From the NCBI GenBank assembly GCA_050174515.1, contig JBFXJV010000001.1, positions 1 to 33,056 on the forward strand: a DNA stretch of 33,056 nt. Reading direction: 5' to 3'. Each line of letters opens with the position of its first letter. Within the stretch, counting starts at the first letter, position 1. The notes beneath the pieces were generated by a model. That model was not told the DNA's origin. It saw only the letters and a list, made by a program, of their open reading frames with translations, and made no database searches. Origin of the DNA: Methylocystis sp. GTDB taxonomy: Bacteria; Pseudomonadota; Alphaproteobacteria; Rhizobiales; Beijerinckiaceae. Below, piece by piece: positions 19,546-28,074 of the stretch. A program made the translations under genes and the position numbers.

Positions 19546-20646
19546 ATGACCGACAAAATCCCCGTCACCGTCATCACCGGCTATCTCGGCGCCGGCAAGA
19601 CGACGCTTCTCAATCGCATTCTCACCGAACAGCATGGTCGCCGCTATGCCGTCATCGTCAACGAGTTCGGCGAAATCGGCATCGACAATGATCTTGTGGT
19701 CGGCGCCGACGAAGAAGTTTTCGAAATGAACAACGGCTGCATCTGCTGCACCGTGCGCGGCGATCTCATCCGCATTTTCGAAGGGCTGATGCGCCGTCGC
19801 GGCAAGTTCGACGCGATCGTCGTCGAAACGACAGGACTCGCCAATCCGGCGCCGGTCGCGCAGACGTTTTTCATGGACGCCGACGTGAAAGAGGCGGCGC
19901 GGCTCGATGCGGTAGTAACCGTCGCCGACGCCAAATGGCTCGGCGAGCGGTTGAAGGACGCGCCTGAAGCGAAAAGTCAGATCGCCTTCGCCGACGTCAT
20001 CGTCCTTAACAAAACCGATCTCGTTTCAAACGACGAACTCGCCGAAGTCGAGTGCCGCATCCGCGCGATCAATCCATACGCCGCGCTCCATCGCACAATT
20101 AAGTCGGATGTTCCCTTGCAGGCGGTCCTGGAGCGCAACGCCTTCGACCTCGATCGCATTCTTGAAATCGAGCCGGCCTTCCTCGACGCGGAGGAATCCA
20201 GTCACGATCACGACCATGCGCATCACGACCATGATCATGAATGCGGTCCAGACTGCGGCCATGATCATCATCATGACCATCATCATGATGCTCATCATGA
20301 GCATGAGGCGCATCACGCCGGGTTGACGCATTTCCATGATGACGAGATGCATTCCATCTCGATCCGCCACGAAGGCGCGGTCGATCCCGAGCGCTTCGTT
20401 CCCTGGCTCAATGACCTTATACAGCGCGAAGGGCCGGACATTCTGCGCAGCAAGGGAATCATCGCCTTCAACAACGAGCCGCGGCGGTTCGTCTTCCAGG
20501 GCGTTCATCAGATTCTCGACGGCGATTTGCAGCGCGAATGGAAGGAAGGCGAGAAGCGCGAGTCGCGCCTCGTCTTCATCGGCAGGAAGCTCAAGGAGCA
20601 CGAGATCCGCGAGGGCTTCGAAAAGGAAGTGCTCGGCGCGGCTTAG
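19546..20646 (+). CDS. COG0523 (CobW/YjiA/ZigA-like) metallochaperone GTPase
   Basis: GYLGAGKTT, NEFGE, GCICC (CxCC), ETTG, NKTD, a His-rich linker and a CobW_C domain. AGGAG RBS. Confidence 0.95.
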   Translation: MTDKIPVTVITGYLGAGKTTLLNRILTEQHGRRYAVIVNEFGEIGIDNDLVVGADEEVFEMNNGCICCTVRGDLIRIFEGLMRRRGKFDAIVVETTGLANPAPVAQTFFMDADVKEAARLDAVVTVADAKWLGERLKDAPEAKSQIAFADVIVLNKTDLVSNDELAEVECRIRAINPYAALHRTIKSDVPLQAVLERNAFDLDRILEIEPAFLDAEESSHDHDHAHHDHDHECGPDCGHDHHHDHHHDAHHEHEAHHAGLTHFHDDEMHSISIRHEGAVDPERFVPWLNDLIQREGPDILRSKGIIAFNNEPRRFVFQGVHQILDGDLQREWKEGEKRESRLVFIGRKLKEHEIREGFEKEVLGAA

Positions 20647-20663
20647 GTCGAAGGCGGGACGGC

Positions 20664-21191
20664 TTACTCATAGGAAATGATCTCGCGCTCTTCGGCATGG
20701 ACCATCCTGGTTCGGCTTGGATCGCCGCCTTTGCGGCGAATGAGAAACCGGGGACGGCGCTTACGGACGTTGGCGTCGCCGCGGCGGCGCGCCGAAGCGA
20801 CAGCGTCTTCGGCGGTCCCATCGAGCGCGCGCAGTTCGCCATCCTCTTCGGTGAGGCGCGGCAGCCCGAGCCAGGACGCCCAATAGCGCCAGTCGGCGGC
20901 GACAGTCCCGCAATCCTGGGTCTCGCCGAGCAGAATGTCGAGGTCCGGATCGCTGTGCGCCAGCGACAGGACGTAGCGCGGCGATCCGTCTCCGGCCGGC
21001 TGCACGTCGAGGGCGACGCCGTGATAGGCGGCAACCGGCACCGAGATCACCATCGCGACGCCGCTCAGCCGGCGGGCGATCAGCACGTCGTCCCGTGTCA
21101 TCCGGATACGGCGCGCGCCGCCATCGGCGCGCCGGTCGCGCTGCACATAAACGCTGTTCTCGATCTTGCGGGCGGTGTCTGCCTCAACCAT
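20664..21191 (-). CDS. DUF6101 family protein
   Basis: DRRADG, AYHGVAL, LAHSDPDLDI, W..WA..LGLP and RRPRFLIRRK. Usual neighbour of the cysQ-waaA cluster. Confidence 0.75.
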   Translation of the reverse strand: MVEADTARKIENSVYVQRDRRADGGARRIRMTRDDVLIARRLSGVAMVISVPVAAYHGVALDVQPAGDGSPRYVLSLAHSDPDLDILLGETQDCGTVAADWRYWASWLGLPRLTEEDGELRALDGTAEDAVASARRRGDANVRKRRPRFLIRRKGGDPSRTRMVHAEEREIISYE

Positions 21192-21410
21192 TGGTCGCTC
21201 CTTGAGGGTTGAATTCGTTTTCGGCGCCGATATTGCCGCAGCTCTGACGGAAAGGCGCTAAAAAGCCTGGTGAATATGCCGTAAATCATTGCTTTGACGC
21301 TGGATTTAGGAGATGAAGGTGAAGTCCGGGAAAATGGATTCGATCAAATTGCTCCTATTCTGCGCAACGGGCCCGCTTGCGGACGCCGGGCGCCTCGCCT
21401 ACTCCTCCTG

Positions 21411-22232
21411 ATGATGGGCTCCAGCCAAGCGGAACTCGCCGCTTTTCTTCCACAACTCGAGAACGTCACGCGCCGCGCCGGCGACATCGCCATGGCCTAT
21501 TTCCGTCCTGGCGAACGGACGACCGCCGCCGTGTCATACAAAGGCGGCGGCTCGCCGGTCACCGAGGCGGATTTCGCCGTCGACCGCTTCCTCTTCCACG
21601 AGATGGCGCGGCTGGCGCCGGAGGCGGCCTGGCTCTCCGAAGAAAGCGCCGACACCAGCGAGCGACTTGAGCGCGACGCTTTGATCGTCGTCGACCCGAT
21701 CGATGGAACGCACGCATTCTCGCGGGGCGACGCGCGTTGGTCGGTCTCCATCGCTCTCGTCGTCGGCGGCCGGCCGGTGGCCGGCGTGATCCATGCGCCG
21801 GCTCTGGGAGAAACCTATATCGGCGCGCGCGGGCTCGGCGCCTTTCTCAACGCCTCTCCCATCCGGGCCCCCCAGCGCGCTGGAATCTCGGGCGCGGCGC
21901 TGGTCGCGCCTCGCGCGATTCGGGACCAACTGGCGGCCTCGCCGCAGGGATTCGTCATGGCGCCGCGCACCCCCTCGCTGGCGCTGCGGCTTGCCGACAT
22001 CGCCTCCGGCCGGCATGATATCGTCGTCGCCGCTCCCAATGCGCGCGACTGGGACATCGCCGCCGCAGACGTTATCCTCGCAGAGGCGGGCGCCATGCTA
22101 AGCGAGCCTGAAGGCGTTGCGCTCACCTATAATCGCGCCTCGCTCGCCCGCGACATGCTTATCGCGGCGCCGGAGTCGCTGTTTGACGAAAGCCTCGCGC
22201 TGGCGCGGGAGGCGCTGGAAGGAAAGTTATGA
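21411..22232 (+). CDS. Inositol monophosphatase / CysQ-family phosphatase
   Basis: SPVTEAD, LSEE, VDPIDGT and WDIAAA. Start uncertain. Confidence 0.88.
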   Translation: MMGSSQAELAAFLPQLENVTRRAGDIAMAYFRPGERTTAAVSYKGGGSPVTEADFAVDRFLFHEMARLAPEAAWLSEESADTSERLERDALIVVDPIDGTHAFSRGDARWSVSIALVVGGRPVAGVIHAPALGETYIGARGLGAFLNASPIRAPQRAGISGAALVAPRAIRDQLAASPQGFVMAPRTPSLALRLADIASGRHDIVVAAPNARDWDIAAADVILAEAGAMLSEPEGVALTYNRASLARDMLIAAPESLFDESLALAREALEGKL

Positions 22233-22489
22233 ACAAGGCGACGCAGGCGACCACGCCAAAAAAAGAAAAACAATTGTTGCATCTTGTATTTGGCGGCGAG
22301 TTGGAAACGCTTGACGGCGTCGCTTTCCGTGATCCGAGCAAGCTCGACATCGTCGGCATTTATCCGGACAACGACAGCGCGCTCGCGGCTTGGAAGGCGA
22401 AGGCCCAGTCGACCGTCGACAATGCGCATATGCGTTATTTTGTGGTGCACCTCTATCGGCTGCTCGATCCCGACGTGGAGGAGCTGTAA
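22229..22489 (+). CDS. DUF4170 family protein
   Basis: QLLHLVFGGEL...AWKAKAQSTVDNAHMRYF. Confidence 0.85.
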   Translation: MNKATQATTPKKEKQLLHLVFGGELETLDGVAFRDPSKLDIVGIYPDNDSALAAWKAKAQSTVDNAHMRYFVVHLYRLLDPDVEEL

Positions 22490-22614
22490 TCATTTCCAAA
22501 ATTTGCCGCTTTGCCGGGCAATAGAATCATGTTTCCGGAGGCCGCCGCGACGCGCGGAGAAAAAGCAGTCGTCGAGCCCCTGCAGACTGGAACGATCCCG
22601 AATAGACAGGAAAC

Positions 22615-23892
22615 ATGTCGCTTCTGAAATTGTACCGGCTGGCGACGATAGCGGCGACTCCCTTCGCCAGCTCTCTCCTCAACTGGCGCGCAAGACATGG
22701 CAGGGAAGATCCCGAGCGACTGGCCGAACGCATGGGCGAATCTCATCGCCCCCGCCCTGGCGGACGACTCGTGTGGCTGCATGGCGCGAGCCTGGGCGAA
22801 ACCCTGTCGCTGCTGCCTCTGATCGACCGTTTCATTCAGCACGGACTTGAAGTGCTCGTCACGAGCGGCACGGTCTCTTCCGCGCAGGTTCTCAGCGCAC
22901 GCCTGCCGGCAGGCGCCTTCCATCAATATGCGCCGCTCGACGCGCCTAAATTCATCGAGCGCTTTCTCGATCATTGGCGTCCGGACATCGCGGTCTTCGC
23001 CGAGTCGGAGCTGTGGCCCAATATCGTCGCGGCGGTACGCGCGCGCGGCGCGCCGCTCGTTCTCGCCAACGCCCGCATCTCGCGAAAATCCGCCGAGCGC
23101 TGGCGCGCCATTCCCGGCGCGGCGAAATCCGTGTTCGGCGCCGTTGATCTCTGTCTCGCGCAGGATTCGGATAACGCCGCCAGGTTCATGGCGCTCGGCG
23201 CGCGATGCGTGCGCATCGCCGGCAATCTCAAATTCGACGTCCCGCCGCCACCCGCGGATTCAGCGAAACTCGCCGAATTCAATGGCGCGATCGGGGCGCG
23301 GCCGGCCTGGGCGGCGGTTTCCACTCATGCCGGCGAAGAGGACATTGTGCTCGACGCGCATGTAGAAATGGCCGCCAAGACGCCATCGCTGCTGACGATC
23401 ATCGCGCCACGGCACCGTGAGCGCGCCGCCGAGATCGTCGAAGCCGCCCGCGCCAGAGGACTGAACGCGGCGTTGCGTTCGCAAGAGAGCGAGCCGCCGC
23501 GCGACGTCGACGTCTATGTCGTCGACAGCGTCGGCGAACTCGGCCTCGTCTTCCGAAGCGTCGGAGTCGTGCTGATGGGCAAGTCGCTGCTGCCCGGCGG
23601 CGGACAAAATCCGATCGAGCCGGCGAAGCTCGGTTGCGCCATTCTCCATGGCCCCCATGTCGAAAACTTCTCGGAAGTCTACAACGAGCTCGCGGCGGCA
23701 AAGGCGGCCGCGCGCGTTTCGGACGCCGCATCGGTGGCGCGGGCTGCGCATTATCTCCTTTCCGAGCCGGCGCGCATGCGCAAAATGGGGCGCGCCGCGG
23801 CTGAAACGGTCGAGAGGCTGGGCGGCGCCTCGCGCGGAATCATGAACGCCGTCGAGCCCTATCTCGCGCAATTGGCGGTCGCCCAGCAATGA
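22615..23892 (+). CDS. waaA: 3-deoxy-D-manno-octulosonic acid transferase
   Basis: WLHGASLGE, ESELWPN, NARIS, GNLKFD, APRH and GGQNPIEPA. Confidence 0.95.
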   Translation: MSLLKLYRLATIAATPFASSLLNWRARHGREDPERLAERMGESHRPRPGGRLVWLHGASLGETLSLLPLIDRFIQHGLEVLVTSGTVSSAQVLSARLPAGAFHQYAPLDAPKFIERFLDHWRPDIAVFAESELWPNIVAAVRARGAPLVLANARISRKSAERWRAIPGAAKSVFGAVDLCLAQDSDNAARFMALGARCVRIAGNLKFDVPPPPADSAKLAEFNGAIGARPAWAAVSTHAGEEDIVLDAHVEMAAKTPSLLTIIAPRHRERAAEIVEAARARGLNAALRSQESEPPRDVDVYVVDSVGELGLVFRSVGVVLMGKSLLPGGGQNPIEPAKLGCAILHGPHVENFSEVYNELAAAKAAARVSDAASVARAAHYLLSEPARMRKMGRAAAETVERLGGASRGIMNAVEPYLAQLAVAQQ

Positions 23893-23919
23893 GCGTCGCG
23901 CGCCCTCGCGCTCTTTAAG

Positions 23920-24924
23920 ATGCGCGCGCCCGGCTTCTGGCGCGATGACTGCGCGGCGGCGCGACTTCTGTCCCCGCTCGGCGCCCTTTATGGCGGCGTC
24001 GCCGGCAAGCGGCTGGCGCGCGCCGCGCCGCGCGCCAATCTGCCGGTCATCGTGGCAGGCGGGCTGACGGCGGGCGGCGACGGCAAGACGCCGCTTGCGA
24101 TCGCCCTCGCGCAACGTCTTCACGCCACGGGCGAGCGGCCGGCGATTCTGACGCGCGGCTATCGCCGCTCGGCCCGCGAACCTTCGCCCTTTGCCGTCGA
24201 TCCGGATCGTCACGACGCTGACGATGTCGGCGACGAAGCGCTGCTGCTCGCGCGCGCCGCGCCGACGATCGTGGGCGCCGACCGCGTCGCCGGCGCAGCC
24301 CTGGCGCAGCGACTGGGCGCCAGCGTGGTCGTGCTTGACGACGGCTTTCACAGCCGTCGCATCGCGCCCGACCTGACGCTGATCGCTATCGATTCGGACT
24401 ATGGCGCCGGCAACGGCCGCTGCATGCCCGCCGGACCTTTGCGCGCGCCGCTCGACGCGCAGCTTGCCGCGGCGGACATGCTGATCGTCATCGGCGACGG
24501 CGCTCGAGGCCGCGATATCGCCGCGCGCGCCAGCAAGCCCGTCGCCACCGCGCATCTGGCTCCCGATCCCGACGCCGTTGAGGCGATAAGAGGCATTCGC
24601 GTCGTGGCCTTCGCCGGCATTGCCCGACCCGAGAAATTTTTCGACTCGTTGAAAAGTTGCGGCGCCGAAGTCACGGCGCGGCTTTCCTTTGACGATCACC
24701 GTCGATTCACGGAGCGGGACTTCGCGACGCTGTCGAAGTTGCGGCAGGCGTATGGCGCGCGCCTCGTCACGACGGAAAAGGATGCGGCCCGGATGGGCGA
24801 CCAGATCGCAACGCTCGGCGTTGATACGCTTCCCGTCACTCTCGTATTCGACCATGCCGTCGCGTTAGACGAAGCGCTCGACAGGCTGCTTGGCGCAAGA
24901 GAAGCGCGCCGCGCCAATCCCTAA
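23920..24924 (+). CDS. lpxK: Tetraacyldisaccharide 4'-kinase
   Basis: GGDGKTP, TRGY, GDEALL, LDDGF, PAGPLR, AGIARPEKF and TTEKDA. Confidence 0.95.
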   Translation: MRAPGFWRDDCAAARLLSPLGALYGGVAGKRLARAAPRANLPVIVAGGLTAGGDGKTPLAIALAQRLHATGERPAILTRGYRRSAREPSPFAVDPDRHDADDVGDEALLLARAAPTIVGADRVAGAALAQRLGASVVVLDDGFHSRRIAPDLTLIAIDSDYGAGNGRCMPAGPLRAPLDAQLAAADMLIVIGDGARGRDIAARASKPVATAHLAPDPDAVEAIRGIRVVAFAGIARPEKFFDSLKSCGAEVTARLSFDDHRRFTERDFATLSKLRQAYGARLVTTEKDAARMGDQIATLGVDTLPVTLVFDHAVALDEALDRLLGAREARRANP

Positions 24925-25142
24925 TCGGGCTTCTTGACGCCGAGACGCATCAGCTTGGCGTGCGGGCCACTGTAAGGCTCCTGCAGATCGACGTTCCAGT
25001 AGCGCAGATCTTCGAGCGGGATCGGCTCCCCTGTCACCGCGCAGCGGACATAGGCGCCGGGCTTGCGCACCCGATATTCGCCGTCGAGATATTCGACGAC
25101 GGCCTCTTCAGCGGGCTGAGGCTGGCGATCATATCGGTTCAT
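24921..25142 (-). CDS. DUF2093 family protein
   Basis: YLDGEYRVRKPGAYVRCAVTGEPIPLEDLRYWNV. Confidence 0.88.
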   Translation of the reverse strand: MNRYDRQPQPAEEAVVEYLDGEYRVRKPGAYVRCAVTGEPIPLEDLRYWNVDLQEPYSGPHAKLMRLGVKKPD

Positions 25143-25283
25143 GCGCGCTCTCACGCCATAACGCCGGGGGAATGGACGCCGGACCAATCGCCTAAGCGTT
25201 GTCACGAGCGACCTCATCGACGAACTCGCACGCTCCCCCTTTGGGATTTCAGTTATTTTCAATCATATCATCTCCGGACGCGC

Positions 25284-25318
25284 AAAGAAAAGCCCGCCGG
25301 GCTTTGGGCTCGGCAGGC
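25284..25318 (-). terminator. Rho-independent terminator (paralogous to 28013-28045)
   Basis: Minus strand GCCTGCCGAGC-CCAAA-GCCCGGCGGGC-TTTTCTTT. Confidence 0.8.
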
Positions 25319-25339
25319 CAGCTGCGAGATCTGCGTCGA

Positions 25340-25400
25340 TCAGTAAATTTGAGCGCCGACTTCGAGCGGGTCTGGATGCGCCTGGTGCTGACCGTGGCCT
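25340..25400 (-). pseudogene. 3' remnant of an OprO/OprP-type porin gene
   Basis: Translates as QHQAHPDPLEVGAQIY* versus QSQSHPDLFEVRAQVYW* in porin 28075-29883. The terminal W codon is replaced by TGA, and the same terminator follows. Confidence 0.75.
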
Positions 25401-25513
25401 CGGCGCGCAAAGCGGTTCATTTCAAGATCAACTTCCGCGGCGCCGCGTTCTGCGCCTCCTCAGACGCCGCAACATGCGCGCGCCGTAGGAGCGCCGTTCG
25501 GTTCAAGCGCGGG

Positions 25514-25747
25514 TCAGTCGAACATCATCCCCTGGCAGGCGCGCCTTGCGTCGACGTCATCGCCGTATTTGTAAAGCTGCCGCATATAGTCACATCCGAG
25601 ATAATGCGCGTTGGCCCATACCTGATACTTCAGCCAGGCCGGAGCATCCAGAGAGCAGCAGGGCGTGCGCCCACGCTGTGCAAAGGCGCTGCCGCTTGCG
25701 AGCGCGCAAGCAAGGGCGAGAAACGCTACCGTCAATGTCCTCCTCAT
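25514..25747 (-). CDS. Small secreted Cys-containing protein (77 aa)
   Basis: GGAG RBS, Sec signal ending in AFA, mature part with CC...C...C. Confidence 0.72.
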   Translation of the reverse strand: MRRTLTVAFLALACALASGSAFAQRGRTPCCSLDAPAWLKYQVWANAHYLGCDYMRQLYKYGDDVDARRACQGMMFD

Positions 25748-25788
25748 GATTTTTCTCCGACTTTTGAGCGGGCCTGCCCCCAAGCCGA

Positions 25789-26019
25789 TCAGTCCAGCGC
25801 CAGTCCGTGAAGGCGGCGTCGATCATGGTGATAGTAGTAGTGAGTGCTGTCCCCGTAGTGGCCGAGATGAGCGCACGATGGATGATTCCAGCCGCTGCGC
25901 TCGCAGGCGGCATGGTTCGGATGCCGCTTCGGCGATACATGACGCTTATGATCCGCGAGAGCGGACTGACCCAAAGCGAAAAGCCCGATGACCGCCGCAA
26001 ACAACACACGCTGAATCAT
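25789..26019 (-). CDS. Small secreted His-rich protein (76 aa)
   Basis: GGAG RBS, Sec signal ending in ALA, 11 His and 2 Cys in the 54-aa mature part. Confidence 0.7.
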   Translation of the reverse strand: MIQRVLFAAVIGLFALGQSALADHKRHVSPKRHPNHAACERSGWNHPSCAHLGHYGDSTHYYYHHDRRRLHGLALD

Positions 26020-26047
26020 CGGAAAGCTCCCCGCTGCGGCCAAATTC

Positions 26048-26069
26048 GATATGTCACAGATATGTCATA
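26048..26069 (+). promoter_or_regulatory. Pho-box-like (OmpR/PhoB family) direct repeat
   Basis: GATATGTCAca-GATATGTCAta, a perfect 9-bp repeat with 11-bp period. Confidence 0.65.
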
Positions 26070-26272
26070 ATCGGCCTGCGTCAACGGGCTAGCTTGAGAA
26101 TTTTCTGTAGAGCTTTAGTTTGGGCTGGAGGCGCGAAGCAGGCAGCCATGCCCTGAGCAGCTATGCCCTAAACTGTATGATGTCCCCCGTTGGTCCCGCG
26201 GCAAATCATGACTCGAGGGGGCGAAGAGCAGACGGGACGCAAAGCGCGCCGCCTCGGCGACCGAGGGACACG

Positions 26273-26551
26273 ATGAAGACCAAACAGAAAACTTATTCGG
26301 CGCAAGAGACGGCTCTTTATGAGCTCGTGATGCGTTCGGCTATGTCGGCCACGCGCGTAAGATCATGGATTTACAGCCGCGACAGCTTCTGCCGCAACCG
26401 GCCAGCAATCTGGCCTGATAGAGCGCGTCCGGAATTAACCGGTGACCGACAGGATGAGTTGAGGCCGCTCCGCGAGGTCGGCGCGCAGTTTGCGAAATTT
26501 GGCGCGCGCCAGTTCGGGATGCCGGCGTCTCCGGGACTCTCAGTTTGCTGA
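26273..26551 (+). CDS. Possible hypothetical protein (92 aa)
   Basis: GAGGG RBS before ATG 26273, no recognisable motif, overlaps the 3' end of pstS. Confidence 0.25.
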   Translation: MKTKQKTYSAQETALYELVMRSAMSATRVRSWIYSRDSFCRNRPAIWPDRARPELTGDRQDELRPLREVGAQFAKFGARQFGMPASPGLSVC

Positions 26552-27505
26552 GGCGAGCAGTCCCAATCGCGTCAATTCGTGTTCGCGAATGTTGCGCGTG
26601 ATGGGGAAGTAGCCGCCCTTTTTCGCCTGCAGCTGCCCCTCCTTCGAGAGGACATACTTCACGAACTCGCCGGCGAAGCTGTCAAACGCGGCGTTGGGAT
26701 CCTTCAGCACATTGATGTAAAGACCGCGCGCCAAGGGATATTTGCGCGAGTAGGTATTGGCGAAATTCGCTTCGAAACATCGTTTGCCAGCAGAAACCGG
26801 CACAGCCCGCACCGCGTGGGTCTTATAGCCGATGCCTGAATAGCCGATGGCGCTGATATCGGCGCCGACCTCCCTCACGACGGCTTCCGAACCCACTTGC
26901 TGCTTCAGCGATTCCTTGAAATCCCCGCCGCCAAGCGCGTTCTGTTTGAAAAATTTATAGGTGCCTGAAAGCGTGTTGCGGCCGAAAAGCGCAATCGGCC
27001 TTTTCGCCCAATCGCCGGTCAGTCCGAGCTGGCCCCATACGCGAATGCTATGGCCGCCGCCGCTTTTCGGATCGGCGGCGAAGATGCGTTCGAGCTGTTC
27101 CATCGACACGCATGCGATCGGATTGTCCTTGTGGACATAGATTGCGAGCGCGTCCACGGCGACGAGCACCGCCGTGGGCTTGTAGCCGTATTTGACGATA
27201 AAGTTCTCGATCTCGTCGGGCGCCATCGGACGCGACATCGGCCCGAGCTGCGCGCGCCCCTCGAGCAGAGCCGGCGGGGCCGTGGCGGAACCCTTGCCTT
27301 CGATTTCGATCGAGACTTTGGGATAGATCGCTTTGAAGCCTTCCGCCCAGAGCTCCATCTCATGGACCATGGTGTCCGAGCCAACCGACTTGAGGTGGCC
27401 TGCGACGCCGGGCATCGCCTTGTAGGACTCGAGTTCGAGATCAAGCGCGAATGCCGCGCCCGCCATCAGCGCGACGCCGGCGGCCAGAAAAGTGCGGCGC
27501 TTCAT
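26540..27505 (-). CDS. pstS: Phosphate ABC transporter substrate-binding protein
   Basis: SVGSDT, GKGSATAPPAL, GPMSR, GRNTLSGT, GYSGIGY and YPLARGLY. GGAG RBS and a KRRTFL signal. Confidence 0.9.
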   Translation of the reverse strand: MKRRTFLAAGVALMAGAAFALDLELESYKAMPGVAGHLKSVGSDTMVHEMELWAEGFKAIYPKVSIEIEGKGSATAPPALLEGRAQLGPMSRPMAPDEIENFIVKYGYKPTAVLVAVDALAIYVHKDNPIACVSMEQLERIFAADPKSGGGHSIRVWGQLGLTGDWAKRPIALFGRNTLSGTYKFFKQNALGGGDFKESLKQQVGSEAVVREVGADISAIGYSGIGYKTHAVRAVPVSAGKRCFEANFANTYSRKYPLARGLYINVLKDPNAAFDSFAGEFVKYVLSKEGQLQAKKGGYFPITRNIREHELTRLGLLASAN

Positions 27506-27551
27506 CGAGACAATCTCCACGGAATTCAGCGCGAGAGAGTGAGCGATCTCA

Positions 27552-27579
27552 ATGACCGTTCGGTGACAACCATGTTACG
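27552..27579 (-). promoter_or_regulatory. Pho box upstream of pstS
   Basis: Minus strand CGTAACATGGT-TGTCACCGAAC-GGTCAT, three half-sites at 11-bp period. Confidence 0.8.
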
Positions 27580-27655
27580 CCTCGAGCCGCCTCCAAGCCT
27601 GCGGTTTATGTGTGCGCCGAAAGCCTGGTCCGCATTGATTTTCCAGCGTGTTAGC

Positions 27656-27990
27656 CTACTCTCCGCCATGCGCGGCAATGCAGAGCCCAGCTGCGTCGGA
27701 CGCTATGCTCTCTCAGGTTGCCTGTTGAAGGCGGTCAACATCGCTCGAAGCTTTCCTGGGCGAAGGCCAGTGCGCGCTTTTCGCTGCGCTATCGCTTCGT
27801 GCGCCTCAAGATAAAGCGTGGCGACCTACGCTTCCAGCGAATGAAACCTGGCGTCTATCGCCACGCTGTCAGCCGCGGCCGCGCCGCTTGCCGAGCGGCC
27901 GGAGTCCTGCCTCACGCTTCCGTTTGCGTTCGAAAGTCAGAATGCAGCGCCAACCTTGACGAGAAGCTACCAGCGTCTCGTTCGGGTCAT
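27656..27990 (-). pseudogene. Decayed 5' portion of an OprO/OprP-type porin gene
   Basis: One frame from ATG 27990 reads MTRTRRW*LLVKVGAAF*LS...GAAAADS...ARFHSLEA*VATLYLEAHEAIAQ versus MANTRINQSLALATVGTLLS..GAGAMDS...ARLRPLEAEVAKLRHEAHGAKAQ in porin 1. DNA at 27778-27856 aligns with 29682-29762. Confidence 0.75.
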
Positions 27991-28012
27991 GGGCCAGCGT
28001 GGCGGTAACAAG

Positions 28013-28045
28013 TAAAGAGACCTGCCGGGCTTTGAGCTCGGCAGG
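28013..28045 (-). terminator. Terminator after porin 1
   Basis: Minus strand CCTGCCGAGC-TCAAA-GCCCGGCAGG followed by TCTCTTT. Confidence 0.7.
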
Positions 28046-28074
28046 CCAACCAGGAAAGACAGCGAAAGCTCCGT

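Noticed and set aside
23260-24855. Long antisense ORFs (531 aa here, also 13006-13899, 10912-11820 and 17197-18084)
   Set aside because: They are shadows of well-supported genes on the opposite strand in high-GC DNA and show no motifs.
25340-25420. 26-aa ORF MNRFARRGHGQHQAHPDPLEVGAQIY as a functional peptide
   Set aside because: There is no clear RBS, and it is better explained as the porin 3' remnant.
26142-26171. 15-bp tandem duplication GCAGCCATGCCCTGA / GCAGCTATGCCCTAA
   Set aside because: Only two imperfect copies with no linked feature, so likely a local slippage event.
27718-28008. 96-aa plus-strand ORF
   Set aside because: It is explained as the antisense shadow of the decayed porin fragment; it mirrors the antisense ORF of porin 1.
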